IMG/VR virus record: IMGVR_UViG_3300032282_001014
Span: 1 to 58,744 of that record
Origin: a virus
Taxonomy: Duplodnaviria; Caudoviricetes
Length of the DNA: 58,744 nt
Direction: 5' to 3' (one strand)
Shown here: positions 27,980 to 36,062 of the stretch, one piece after another
How the letters are laid out: each line of letters starts with the position of its first letter
Position numbering within the stretch: the first letter of the stretch is position 1
Translations under genes and position numbers: made by a program
Notes under the pieces: generated by a model
Databases searched by the model: none
The model's input: only the letters and a program-made list of their open reading frames with translations
Told to the model about the DNA's origin: nothing

Positions 27980-30068
27980 ATTCGGTCTCGTTGACAAAGC
28001 TCCAACAACTTTAGATTATGCGCTTGCGTACTCTAAGTTGGGTTGGTACGTGTTGCCTGTCTGGTCAGTTGATGACAACGGACAGTGCCGCTGTGGTTTG
28101 CCGAATGACGCTTCCGGTCACAAAGCTGGTAAGCATCCTCAAGCTAACCTCGTACCCCATGGGCATCAAGACTCAACAGTAGACGAACAAACAATACGCA
28201 ACTGGTGGGCAGAAGATCCTGACGCAGGTATAGGAATATCCCTCTCTACGTCCGGACTAATCGCCCTAGACATAGACCCACAGAACGGCGGTCGGGAGTC
28301 TCTAGCTACTTTAGAGGCAGAACACGGCGTGTTACATTCCGACTGTACTGCCATAACTCAAGGTGGCGGTGAACATCGCCTGTTTATAGCTGACCCAGAG
28401 TTATCATTCCCTGGTTCTCTCGGTGCAGGATTAGACCTGAAACACAACGGTTATATCTGTGTAGCTCCCTCACTCGGACCACACGGTGTTTATAGATGGG
28501 AAGCCGGTCGCTCTCCGCTGTCTCAATCTAAACCGGCTAGACCTTCTCCTTTACCTTCGCTCATAGCTGGCAAGGCACGCACTACAGTCGATTATAGCCT
28601 GACTGAACGTGGAGGTATACCTGTAGCGACTGCCCAGACGTTTGATGATCTACGCTCTGCGTTACGTCACGTTGACGCTGATGATTATACTACATGGGTC
28701 AACGTCGGTATGGTGCTTAAATCATACGGCGAGAACGGATACAAAGTCTGGACAGAATGGTCATCCCGCAGCTCTAAGTTTGATGCAAGTGCCCAACGTC
28801 GCAAGTGGGAAAGAGACTTAGACCAAGCCCACAGCATTACATACCGCTCAATCTTTAGAATGGCGATTGATAACGGTTGGGCAGGGAATAACAAAACTAT
28901 CGCCAATGACAATCAAGCTCACCCTCTCAGTCTCAAACGCTCAACTCACTCTGGTGCATCTTCTGTTACCGTCTTTGAATACGTTTACGATGACTTTATG
29001 TCAACTGGTGTCAACGTGGTAGCTGGTGCTCCTGGTGTAGGTAAGACAACTCTCATAGTGCCGATGGCTCTAGCTACCGCTCACTTGTGCCCAACTGACT
29101 ACGCTCTGCGTCCCTCTGTACGGCGTAACGTAATCATCATAACTGAGTCTGTAGTTCAAGTGCAGCGAGTCATTTACTCATTGTACTCATGGGGTTATAC
29201 GGGCATGGGCACTGCTGACTTTGACTCACGGGTTAGAGTTATAGCCGCACAACGCTTAGACCCTAAGATAGTCTCGCAGGTAGCAGATGAATACAAAGAG
29301 TGGACAGTTGACAACAAGAAAGCTGACGGTGAAATGTACTCTGCTTTACCGCTCGTAATATTTGACACCGCCAACGCTGTGTTTGATTTAGAAAACGAGA
29401 ACGACAACGCAGAGGTCGGTCGGGCAATGGCTTACATAAAGCAATCCTTCTCAGCTTTCCCAATCATCATCGTCAGTCACACTTCCAAAACACACGGTAT
29501 GGGTGAATCTGACCTGCTCTCACCTCGCGGTGCGTCTGCTTGGACAGGTGACGCTCAAGGTGTTTACACAGTGTTTAAAGACGGTGAAGACAACGATGCC
29601 CCACGTGTGTTAAAGGCTCTAAAGATCAGGTTTCCTGTTGCCTTCCATGAGCTGACATTCGACCTTATTCAAAACAAAGAGACGCACAAAGATGTGTTAG
29701 GTTACGACAAAGAGATCTGGTTCTCTCACTCAGTCGCCAGACCTTTAAAGACCGGCGAACGTGCGCAGCTGAAAGAAGATCGTAAGGAAGCTAAAGAGTT
29801 AGAATCATGGAACAGGCTCTGTGATGAGATAACTGACTTAGTGCGCAGGGACTCTGGTCGCTCACGTTCTCACTATGAAAGACTACCGGCTAACCAAGGA
29901 GGTATAAAAGGTTCTCAAGAGCGAAAAGAAAGAGCTATAACCAGTTTGCTGAATGACGGTAGTCTAGTCAGAGTTGAATTAGAAGTGCCCAAAGGACGCG
30001 CAAATCATTACTTGCGTGTGGATGAAGACGTAATAGCAGCAATTGAGAAAGGTAGGTATGGTATATGA
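27957..30068 (+). CDS. bifunctional primase-polymerase with PriCT-2 and RecA-like (AAA_25) helicase domains
   Basis: ALAYSKLGWYVLPV, GKHP, LIALDIDP, GGEHRLF, GYICVAPS; DDYTTWVNVGM; GAPGVGKTT; IFDT, SHTSK, RGASAW. Confidence 0.85.
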   Translation: MVVKQTNKFGLVDKAPTTLDYALAYSKLGWYVLPVWSVDDNGQCRCGLPNDASGHKAGKHPQANLVPHGHQDSTVDEQTIRNWWAEDPDAGIGISLSTSGLIALDIDPQNGGRESLATLEAEHGVLHSDCTAITQGGGEHRLFIADPELSFPGSLGAGLDLKHNGYICVAPSLGPHGVYRWEAGRSPLSQSKPARPSPLPSLIAGKARTTVDYSLTERGGIPVATAQTFDDLRSALRHVDADDYTTWVNVGMVLKSYGENGYKVWTEWSSRSSKFDASAQRRKWERDLDQAHSITYRSIFRMAIDNGWAGNNKTIANDNQAHPLSLKRSTHSGASSVTVFEYVYDDFMSTGVNVVAGAPGVGKTTLIVPMALATAHLCPTDYALRPSVRRNVIIITESVVQVQRVIYSLYSWGYTGMGTADFDSRVRVIAAQRLDPKIVSQVADEYKEWTVDNKKADGEMYSALPLVIFDTANAVFDLENENDNAEVGRAMAYIKQSFSAFPIIIVSHTSKTHGMGESDLLSPRGASAWTGDAQGVYTVFKDGEDNDAPRVLKALKIRFPVAFHELTFDLIQNKETHKDVLGYDKEIWFSHSVARPLKTGERAQLKEDRKEAKELESWNRLCDEITDLVRRDSGRSRSHYERLPANQGGIKGSQERKERAITSLLNDGSLVRVELEVPKGRANHYLRVDEDVIAAIEKGRYGI

Positions 30069-30268
30069 TGCTTGAAACAATCACCTATAAACAAGTGCTT
30101 GACTGGGTGCACGCTACATGGGCTAAATCATTAGCTGCCGTGATTGCATTTTGTTTAGGTATTTGGATTGGTCAAGTGCAGATTGAGGGTCGTGTAATTG
30201 GTGACTGCAAATACGCCGGAGCTTTCCGTGTAGGTCATGAAGCTTTTGTATGCCAGAGGAGAATATGA
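30065..30268 (+). CDS. small membrane protein
   Basis: One TM segment plus a two-Cys tail; ATGA overlaps. Confidence 0.55.
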   Translation: MMLETITYKQVLDWVHATWAKSLAAVIAFCLGIWIGQVQIEGRVIGDCKYAGAFRVGHEAFVCQRRI

Positions 30269-31047
30269 AATACATTCTACTGTTACTAATTGCCTCTACC
30301 GCTCATGCTGAATGGCATGCTACTGCAGGTAAAGAAGTTTTTGGTCCGGAGACTTCTGAGAAAGCAGCATGCAAGTCTGCACAAGACCGAGCGATTGAGA
30401 ATGCTTTAGTTAAAGTCGCTGGTGAATCAATCACCGTCTCTAAGGTTCAGATTTGCAATGATAAGAACGTCGATGCTTGCCAATACGCTCAGACTTCTAT
30501 GTCTCAAACAGACGGTATGGTGACTGGGGTTAGGAACATAAAGCAGCTCGTGTTGAACGGCTCTTGTACTGTGTCTTTAGAAGTTGACATCTTTAAAGAT
30601 AAATCACCTGTTGACAATACTTTTGACCCAGACGTTAGATTGGTTCAAAATAAACTTTACGACGGTGATCAGCTCAACATAAAGGCTAAATCAAATCAGC
30701 CGATGTATTTGAATCTGTTCTTGTACTCTCCTTACGAAGACGAGCGAGACCAGATTAAACTGCTGTACCCTAGTCGCTACCAACCTAGCCAACGCATCAC
30801 TAGGGAAGCTTACTTCCCGTCTGAGAATTACAAGATGCTCGTTAGGTTTCCAAAAAGAAACGCAGTCGTAGGTGACCTTGCAAGTGAAACGATTATAGCA
30901 GTCGCAACAAAAACAGAAATGACATTCAGGGAGAGCTTTACCCTGCATGAGTTTAACCAGAGGTTGCAGGAGATTCCAAAGAAAGACCGTAGGATAATCA
31001 AAATGCCGTATTTTGTTTGGGCAGTACCGAAGAAAGAACTTAAATAA
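30265..31047 (+). CDS. secreted protein (Sec signal; FlgT-N-like plus DUF4384-like domains)
   Basis: MKYILLLLIASTAHA|EW signal peptide; ACKSAQDRAIENAL; four Cys; LYDGDQL...SNQPMYLNLF...LLYPS. Confidence 0.6.
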   Translation: MKYILLLLIASTAHAEWHATAGKEVFGPETSEKAACKSAQDRAIENALVKVAGESITVSKVQICNDKNVDACQYAQTSMSQTDGMVTGVRNIKQLVLNGSCTVSLEVDIFKDKSPVDNTFDPDVRLVQNKLYDGDQLNIKAKSNQPMYLNLFLYSPYEDERDQIKLLYPSRYQPSQRITREAYFPSENYKMLVRFPKRNAVVGDLASETIIAVATKTEMTFRESFTLHEFNQRLQEIPKKDRRIIKMPYFVWAVPKKELK

Positions 31048-31063
31048 CTTAGAAAGATATAAC

Positions 31064-31669
31064 ATGAAAACTTTATTATTACTCTCAGTACTCGTACTAG
31101 CTGCTTGCAGCTCAGTCAAACCAGGATCCTTAGAAGCTATTAAAGCTGAGAAGGAAGAGATTAAAAAAGAGATGGCTAAGACTCTTGACAACACGCCTAA
31201 GTGGTACCTAACTCCACCCAAGGACAACACCGCAGTCTATGAGAAAGCTGTAGCACGCAGTCGTGATATGCAGATGGCAGTCAACAAGGCTCACATGCTT
31301 GCCCGTGCTCAGTTGGCGATTGCTATCCAAGGTGAGATTAACGCTACTATGCGTTTGTTCATGGACGAAGTGGGATATAACCCAGACGTCTCAAATAATG
31401 CCTCTATCGTTACGTCTCAAGATGCCCTGCTAGTTGAACTGCCAGGAGTTGAGCAGGAAGACGCAAAGCTGCTGCTTGAAGGTGATCGCTATGTAGCTTA
31501 CGTTCTAATTAAGTACCCTGTAGGTGAAATGAATAAGGTAATGGTTGACCGGATTCACCAAAACAATGCGCTGACTGCTAAACTCAGAGCCAGTAAAGCT
31601 TTTACCGAATTAGAACGTAAAGTTGAAAATGAGAAGTTTAGACAAGATAAATTGATACTGAAAGAATAA
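31064..31669 (+). CDS. lipoprotein (LPP20-like)
   Basis: MKTLLLLSVLVLAAC lipobox; TPKWYLTPP...AVARSRDMQMAVNKAHMLARAQLA. Confidence 0.7.
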   Translation: MKTLLLLSVLVLAACSSVKPGSLEAIKAEKEEIKKEMAKTLDNTPKWYLTPPKDNTAVYEKAVARSRDMQMAVNKAHMLARAQLAIAIQGEINATMRLFMDEVGYNPDVSNNASIVTSQDALLVELPGVEQEDAKLLLEGDRYVAYVLIKYPVGEMNKVMVDRIHQNNALTAKLRASKAFTELERKVENEKFRQDKLILKE

Positions 31670-31671
31670 AA

Positions 31672-31923
31672 ATGATCAACTTCAACGATAGTTATAAATC
31701 AAACAAATTGTTTGAGCATATTAAAGACGCATATGAATTAGAAACAGATCAAGACCTTGCAAAGTTTCTGCATTCCTCACCGTCAACTATAAGTCGCATT
31801 AACAACGACACGTTGGGGTTGACACCGAAGATGACTCTAGTGATATACGACCGCACAGGGTTACCTATTGAACAAATTAGATCTTGGTTTAAACAGAAAG
31901 TTAAAAGAAAGGATTTTTTATGA
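31672..31923 (+). CDS. XRE-type HTH transcriptional regulator
   Basis: TDQDLAKFLHSSPSTISRIN HTH. Confidence 0.7.
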   Translation: MINFNDSYKSNKLFEHIKDAYELETDQDLAKFLHSSPSTISRINNDTLGLTPKMTLVIYDRTGLPIEQIRSWFKQKVKRKDFL

Positions 31924-32207
31924 ATAAAGAAGACATTATCCGCATACACAGTTGCGTGTTTTCAAACCAAACGGTAAAGACGTATTCAGCAGGAGGTAGC
32001 GGCAGCACGCATCTTATTCATCTGCATGGCGGTTGGCGTTTCTTAAAGAAAGATGAACCTGTCATAGACAAGTCAATAACTAAATGTGAGTTGAAGCGTG
32101 AATGGGTTGGGCTGACGGATGAAGAAACAAACGCTTTGATACAAAAGTGGGCGGGTGAGTTGGTGTTTGAAGTAACTCAGGCTTTGAAGGAGAAGAACAA
32201 TGGATAA
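31920..32207 (+). CDS. mosaic hypothetical protein
   Basis: MNKEDIIR N-terminus and KREWVGLTDEE C-terminal motif. Confidence 0.5.
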   Translation: MNKEDIIRIHSCVFSNQTVKTYSAGGSGSTHLIHLHGGWRFLKKDEPVIDKSITKCELKREWVGLTDEETNALIQKWAGELVFEVTQALKEKNNG

Positions 32208-32346
32208 AGAATATTCAGACTACGAAACACAACGCGCAATTCTGCTTGAGTACATGCAAGTCATGATTGCTCGTAACGACTGGCACGGGGTGTCGGATGC
32301 CGCCAACGACCTGCGGGAGCTTGAAGCTGAGGAGAAGAATAAATGA
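32200..32346 (+). CDS. small hypothetical protein, not in the ORF track
   Basis: 48 aa MDKEYSDYETQRAILLEYMQVMIARNDWHGVSDAANDLRELEAEEKNK; AGGAG upstream. Confidence 0.55.
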   Translation: MDKEYSDYETQRAILLEYMQVMIARNDWHGVSDAANDLRELEAEEKNK

Positions 32347-32486
32347 AAGAAAGACCGCCACCAACAAAAGAGCTTTGCTTGCACCTTGCTGAGATTTATT
32401 ACGAGATGGGTATGCCCCAACGTAGTTGGCAATACCTGCTGTGCTGGGCAGCGTACGATGATTACTTAGATCTTTTTTGGAGATAA
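32343..32486 (+). CDS. small hypothetical protein, not in the ORF track
   Basis: 47 aa MKERPPPTKELCLHLAEIYY...; GAGGAG upstream and ATGA overlap. Confidence 0.45.
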   Translation: MKERPPPTKELCLHLAEIYYEMGMPQRSWQYLLCWAAYDDYLDLFWR

Positions 32487-32491
32487 TTAAA

Positions 32492-32785
32492 ATGAATTGT
32501 AAACCTAACGACCTTGCGATGATTGTACGGATACCTGCCTCATGGTACCAAATAGGTTCACCACAAATTATGAGAGTAGTTGAAGGACTTATCGGTAAAG
32601 TTGTCCGTGTGCTTTACATTGACAACATAGACGCTGACGGTGAACCCTGCTGGTTAGTTGAAGAGCCGGTGGTACTTATTCCGCATATGGCTGCAGTGGC
32701 TTCTGTTCAAGACTGCATATTACAGCCTCTTAACCCTGAAGGCGAATTAGAAGATATAAACACAAACGAGGAGTTAACCGTATGA
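32492..32785 (+). CDS. hypothetical protein
   Basis: MNCKPNDLAMIV...GKVVRV...DCILQPL; GGAG upstream. Confidence 0.6.
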   Translation: MNCKPNDLAMIVRIPASWYQIGSPQIMRVVEGLIGKVVRVLYIDNIDADGEPCWLVEEPVVLIPHMAAVASVQDCILQPLNPEGELEDINTNEELTV

Positions 32786-33030
32786 GCGAGATGTCTGACT
32801 TCCAAAAACAATTTATGTCCCGTGGTACAGGTGCCAAGCTGTTTACCCAAACTGAGTTTGACGAGGCTCTCACCATGGCCAGAGCTGAGATTATGGCGGT
32901 GGCCATAGAAACAACCAAGACAGCGATTATGATTGAGCGGGAAGCCTGTGCTACGTTGGCTGACAATTGTACCAATATTGAAGAACTGGGAGAGGTAATC
33001 CGTAACCGGATCCCGTCCCAGCGTAACTAA
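32782..33030 (+). CDS. hypothetical protein (EREACA motif)
   Basis: 82 aa; GAGGAG upstream. Confidence 0.6.
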   Translation: MSEMSDFQKQFMSRGTGAKLFTQTEFDEALTMARAEIMAVAIETTKTAIMIEREACATLADNCTNIEELGEVIRNRIPSQRN

Positions 33031-33037
33031 TCGTGTG

Positions 33038-33231
33038 ATCGTTCGTTCGGGTAATCGTTCGACAAAAAGAACCGACCGAACGATTGGCGTAGATCACAGT
33101 CTAAAACGACTCGACGGACGGAGGAGAGGGCAATTTAGCCTCTCTCCGTAGCTCGTCAGAGTGAGTAAAAGTAATCGTTCGTTCGGCTGTGTTCTCTATA
33201 GAACGAACGATTAAACCGAACGATTACTTTT
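33038..33231. repeat. cluster of six ATCGTTCG repeats in inverted arrangement around a hairpin (candidate origin or packaging site)
   Basis: ATCGTTCG at 33038, 33054, 33174; CGAACGAT at 33077, 33204, 33217; perfect 15-bp IR 33167-33181/33217-33231. Confidence 0.8.
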
Positions 33232-33258
33232 TTGGTGTTTTTAAGGAGATAAGCTATA

Positions 33259-33849
33259 ATGTCTGACATGATGATTAAACCAAAGAAACCCAACGGTGCT
33301 CCACGGAAGTTTGACAGGGAGCTTGTCGGTAACCACGTCTGCTCGGAGCTTATGAAAGGTCGGAGTCTGAATAATATTCTGGTCTCTGATGCCGGCATGC
33401 CTTCTCCCTCCGGTTTTCTGGACTGGGTAAATCAAGACCCCGAGGGACTTGGCAAGCACTACGCGCATGCGCGCGAAATCGGTTACAAGCTGCTCGCCGA
33501 AGAAATCGTCGCCATCTCCGACGAAAATCATACGCTCATCGAATGCGACGCACTAGACCCAGACGGCAACCCGATGCTGGACGCTACCGGCAATCGTATA
33601 CGCAAGAGCATAATGATGCCGCTGTCCTCGGACGCCATCGCTCGTAACCGGCTCCGTGTTGACACACGCAAGTGGATGCTCAGTAAGGTGTTGCCGAAGA
33701 TCTACGGTGATAAGCTGACCACGGAGCATACCGGCAAGGACGGTGGTCCGATAACGCTGGCTGCTATAGACCTCACCAACCTGTCTGACGACGAGCTGAT
33801 GCAGATGCAGAAGCTGTTAGGCAAGACCGGAGTACCTAATGACAAATGA
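33259..33849 (+). CDS. terS: terminase small subunit
   Basis: N-terminal HTH (GRSLNNIL...GMPSPSGFLDW), YAHARE...LAEEIVAISD, NRLRVDTRKWMLSKVLPKIYGDK. Confidence 0.85.
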   Translation: MSDMMIKPKKPNGAPRKFDRELVGNHVCSELMKGRSLNNILVSDAGMPSPSGFLDWVNQDPEGLGKHYAHAREIGYKLLAEEIVAISDENHTLIECDALDPDGNPMLDATGNRIRKSIMMPLSSDAIARNRLRVDTRKWMLSKVLPKIYGDKLTTEHTGKDGGPITLAAIDLTNLSDDELMQMQKLLGKTGVPNDK

Positions 33850-34084
33850 TGACTTCGCTCATGAGATCATGCTCTGCTTCTCAGCGTCGCCGGTGTCCGC
33901 TGACATCAACGCAACACGGGTGTATACCGTCATGGAGCAGATCCGCAAGGACGAGCGTGAACGCTGTGCCCAGAAAGCAGACATGCTAGCCAAGAGCTGG
34001 CGAGGTAACGAGAGCTTTAGCCGAGAGGTGCGGGAGACATCGGCAATGGCTTGTGACCTGCTAGGTGCGGTGATACGAGGATGA
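33839..34084 (+). CDS. hypothetical protein between terS and terL
   Basis: 81 aa with ERERCA; overlaps both neighbours. Confidence 0.5.
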   Translation: MTNDDFAHEIMLCFSASPVSADINATRVYTVMEQIRKDERERCAQKADMLAKSWRGNESFSREVRETSAMACDLLGAVIRG

Positions 34085-35652
34085 ACGCTCCGCTCTCACC
34101 AACGGTAATGCTAGACCTGATCAAGAAGGAACAGGACAGGCGAGCTGCTACCTCAAGCCTATACGAGTTCGTGAAGCAGTCGTGGCACGTAGTAGAGCCA
34201 GGAGTACCCTTCGTGCCCAGCTGGCACATTGAGGCTATCTGCGAGCATCTTGAGGCAGTGTCGGCAGGGGACATAACTCGACTGCTCATCAACATCCCGC
34301 CACGACACTCCAAGTCAACCATCGTGTCCGTCATGTGGCCAATGTGGGAGTGGATTGAACAGCCAGAGGAGAAGTTCCTGTGTGCCTCGTACTCCGGTGT
34401 GCTGTCAACCCGAGACAACTTGAAGGCACGACGACTGATACAGTCGCCATGGTATCAGGAACGATGGCTCAAGAACTTCACGCTGTCAGGCGACCAGAAC
34501 GCTAAGCAGAGATTCGAGAACGACAAGACCGGCTACCGCATCGCGACCTCGGTAGGCGGTACAGCGACGGGTGAGGGTGGATCCCGCCTCCTGCTCGATG
34601 ACCCACACGGCGCACAGGACGCACAGTCCGACGCAATGCGTGAGACGGCATTAGAGTGGTTCGATCAGGTATGGTCAACCCGACTCAACGATCCCAAGCG
34701 AGACGCCATGGTAACCATCATGCAGCGTCTGCACGACCGAGACATCAGCGGACACATCCTTGAGGACATCAAGGGATGGGAGCACATATGCATACCGGCA
34801 GAGTGGGATGGCAGGGAACGCAAGACAGTGCTCGGTGGCTATGACCCTCGTAAGGTCAAGGGAGAGCTGATCTGCCCAGAGCGATTCGGCGACAAGGAGA
34901 TCACTGCACTCAAGCAGTCCCTCGGCGTGTACGGCACCAGCGGACAGCTACAGCAGGATCCGGCACCGATAGAGGGTGGTATCCTGAAGACCAAGCACTT
35001 CCAGCAGTGGTCAGCAGACAAGGAGCTGCCGCAGTTTGAGTACATACTGCAGAGCTACGATTGCGCATTCACCGAGAAGACCACAGGAGACCCGACAGCC
35101 TTCACAGCCTATGCGGTGTTCTCGATGAAGGGTAAGCGACAGGTCATGCTGATAGACGCATGGGACGAGCACCTCAGCTATCCCGCACTGCGGAAGAAGG
35201 CGATAGCAGAGTGGAACACGGAGTATGGTGGTGCCACAGACGACAGCCCATACGCACGGGCGAGACGACCCAACAGGGTACTTGTAGAGGCTAAAGCAAG
35301 TGGCCAGAGCCTAATACAAGATTTGCGCTTGGCGAATGTGCCAGTTGTAGGTTATAATCCTGGTAATGCTGACAAGGTATCCCGTGCCCATCAGGCAGCT
35401 CCCGTGTTGGAGCAGGACATACTGTGGATCCCTGAGTCAAAGAAGAATCGTGGTCACTATGTAACATGGGCAAAGGGATTCCTCAAGCAGCTTGAGAAGT
35501 TCCCGATCGCTGAACATGATGACTACGTTGATACGTTCACACAGGCTATCATCTACCTACGGAATGACGGGTGGTTCCAGATGCCAGTGGCAAAGGACAT
35601 TGATGAACCAGCACAGAAGAAACGCGAGAGGATAAACCCATATGCAGCCTAA
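34081..35652 (+). CDS. terL: terminase large subunit
   Basis: INIPPRHSKST (Walker A), LLLDDPH (Walker B), IMQRLH, nuclease SYDCA...VEAKASG...HDDYVD. Confidence 0.92.
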   Translation: MNAPLSPTVMLDLIKKEQDRRAATSSLYEFVKQSWHVVEPGVPFVPSWHIEAICEHLEAVSAGDITRLLINIPPRHSKSTIVSVMWPMWEWIEQPEEKFLCASYSGVLSTRDNLKARRLIQSPWYQERWLKNFTLSGDQNAKQRFENDKTGYRIATSVGGTATGEGGSRLLLDDPHGAQDAQSDAMRETALEWFDQVWSTRLNDPKRDAMVTIMQRLHDRDISGHILEDIKGWEHICIPAEWDGRERKTVLGGYDPRKVKGELICPERFGDKEITALKQSLGVYGTSGQLQQDPAPIEGGILKTKHFQQWSADKELPQFEYILQSYDCAFTEKTTGDPTAFTAYAVFSMKGKRQVMLIDAWDEHLSYPALRKKAIAEWNTEYGGATDDSPYARARRPNRVLVEAKASGQSLIQDLRLANVPVVGYNPGNADKVSRAHQAAPVLEQDILWIPESKKNRGHYVTWAKGFLKQLEKFPIAEHDDYVDTFTQAIIYLRNDGWFQMPVAKDIDEPAQKKRERINPYAA

Positions 35653-35806
35653 GAAACCTGTTTGGGACAAGAGTCGTCCCGCCAAGCTAGGTGAATCGAA
35701 ACCTCTAACATCAAAGCAGAAGACTTCTGCAAAGGACGCAGCCAAGTCTGCCGGTCGTCCGTATCCCAACCTCGTTGACAACATGCGCGCAGCGAGGAAG
35801 AAATGA
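35642..35806 (+). CDS. small basic protein, not in the ORF track
   Basis: 54 aa MQPKKPVWDK...AGRPYPNLVDNMRAARKK; overlaps the terL stop and the next start. Confidence 0.6.
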   Translation: MQPKKPVWDKSRPAKLGESKPLTSKQKTSAKDAAKSAGRPYPNLVDNMRAARKK

Positions 35807-36054
35807 GCAAGCTACTCGACAAGAGCAAGATGGCTTGCAACAAACCCAAGAGTACACCAAGCCACCCCACCAAGTCACACGTAGTCAAGGCATGCGCCGA
35901 TGGGCAGGAGAAGATTATACGCTTCGGACAGCAGGGTGTCAAAGGCTCTCCCGACGGCAGCGCACGCAACGAATCATTCAAAGCACGACACGCAAAGAAC
36001 ATAGAGAAGGGTACTATGTCTGCGGCGTACTGGGCTAACAAAGTTAAATGGTAA
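35803..36054 (+). CDS. small basic protein
   Basis: KSHVV...KIIRFGQQG...SFKARH...SAAYWANKVKW, a recurrent viral small-protein pattern. Confidence 0.65.
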   Translation: MSKLLDKSKMACNKPKSTPSHPTKSHVVKACADGQEKIIRFGQQGVKGSPDGSARNESFKARHAKNIEKGTMSAAYWANKVKW

Positions 36055-36062
36055 GGTGAGCT

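Noticed and set aside
33038-33231. Repeats as a mini-CRISPR array
   Set aside because: Units are 8-16 bp, in both orientations and irregularly spaced
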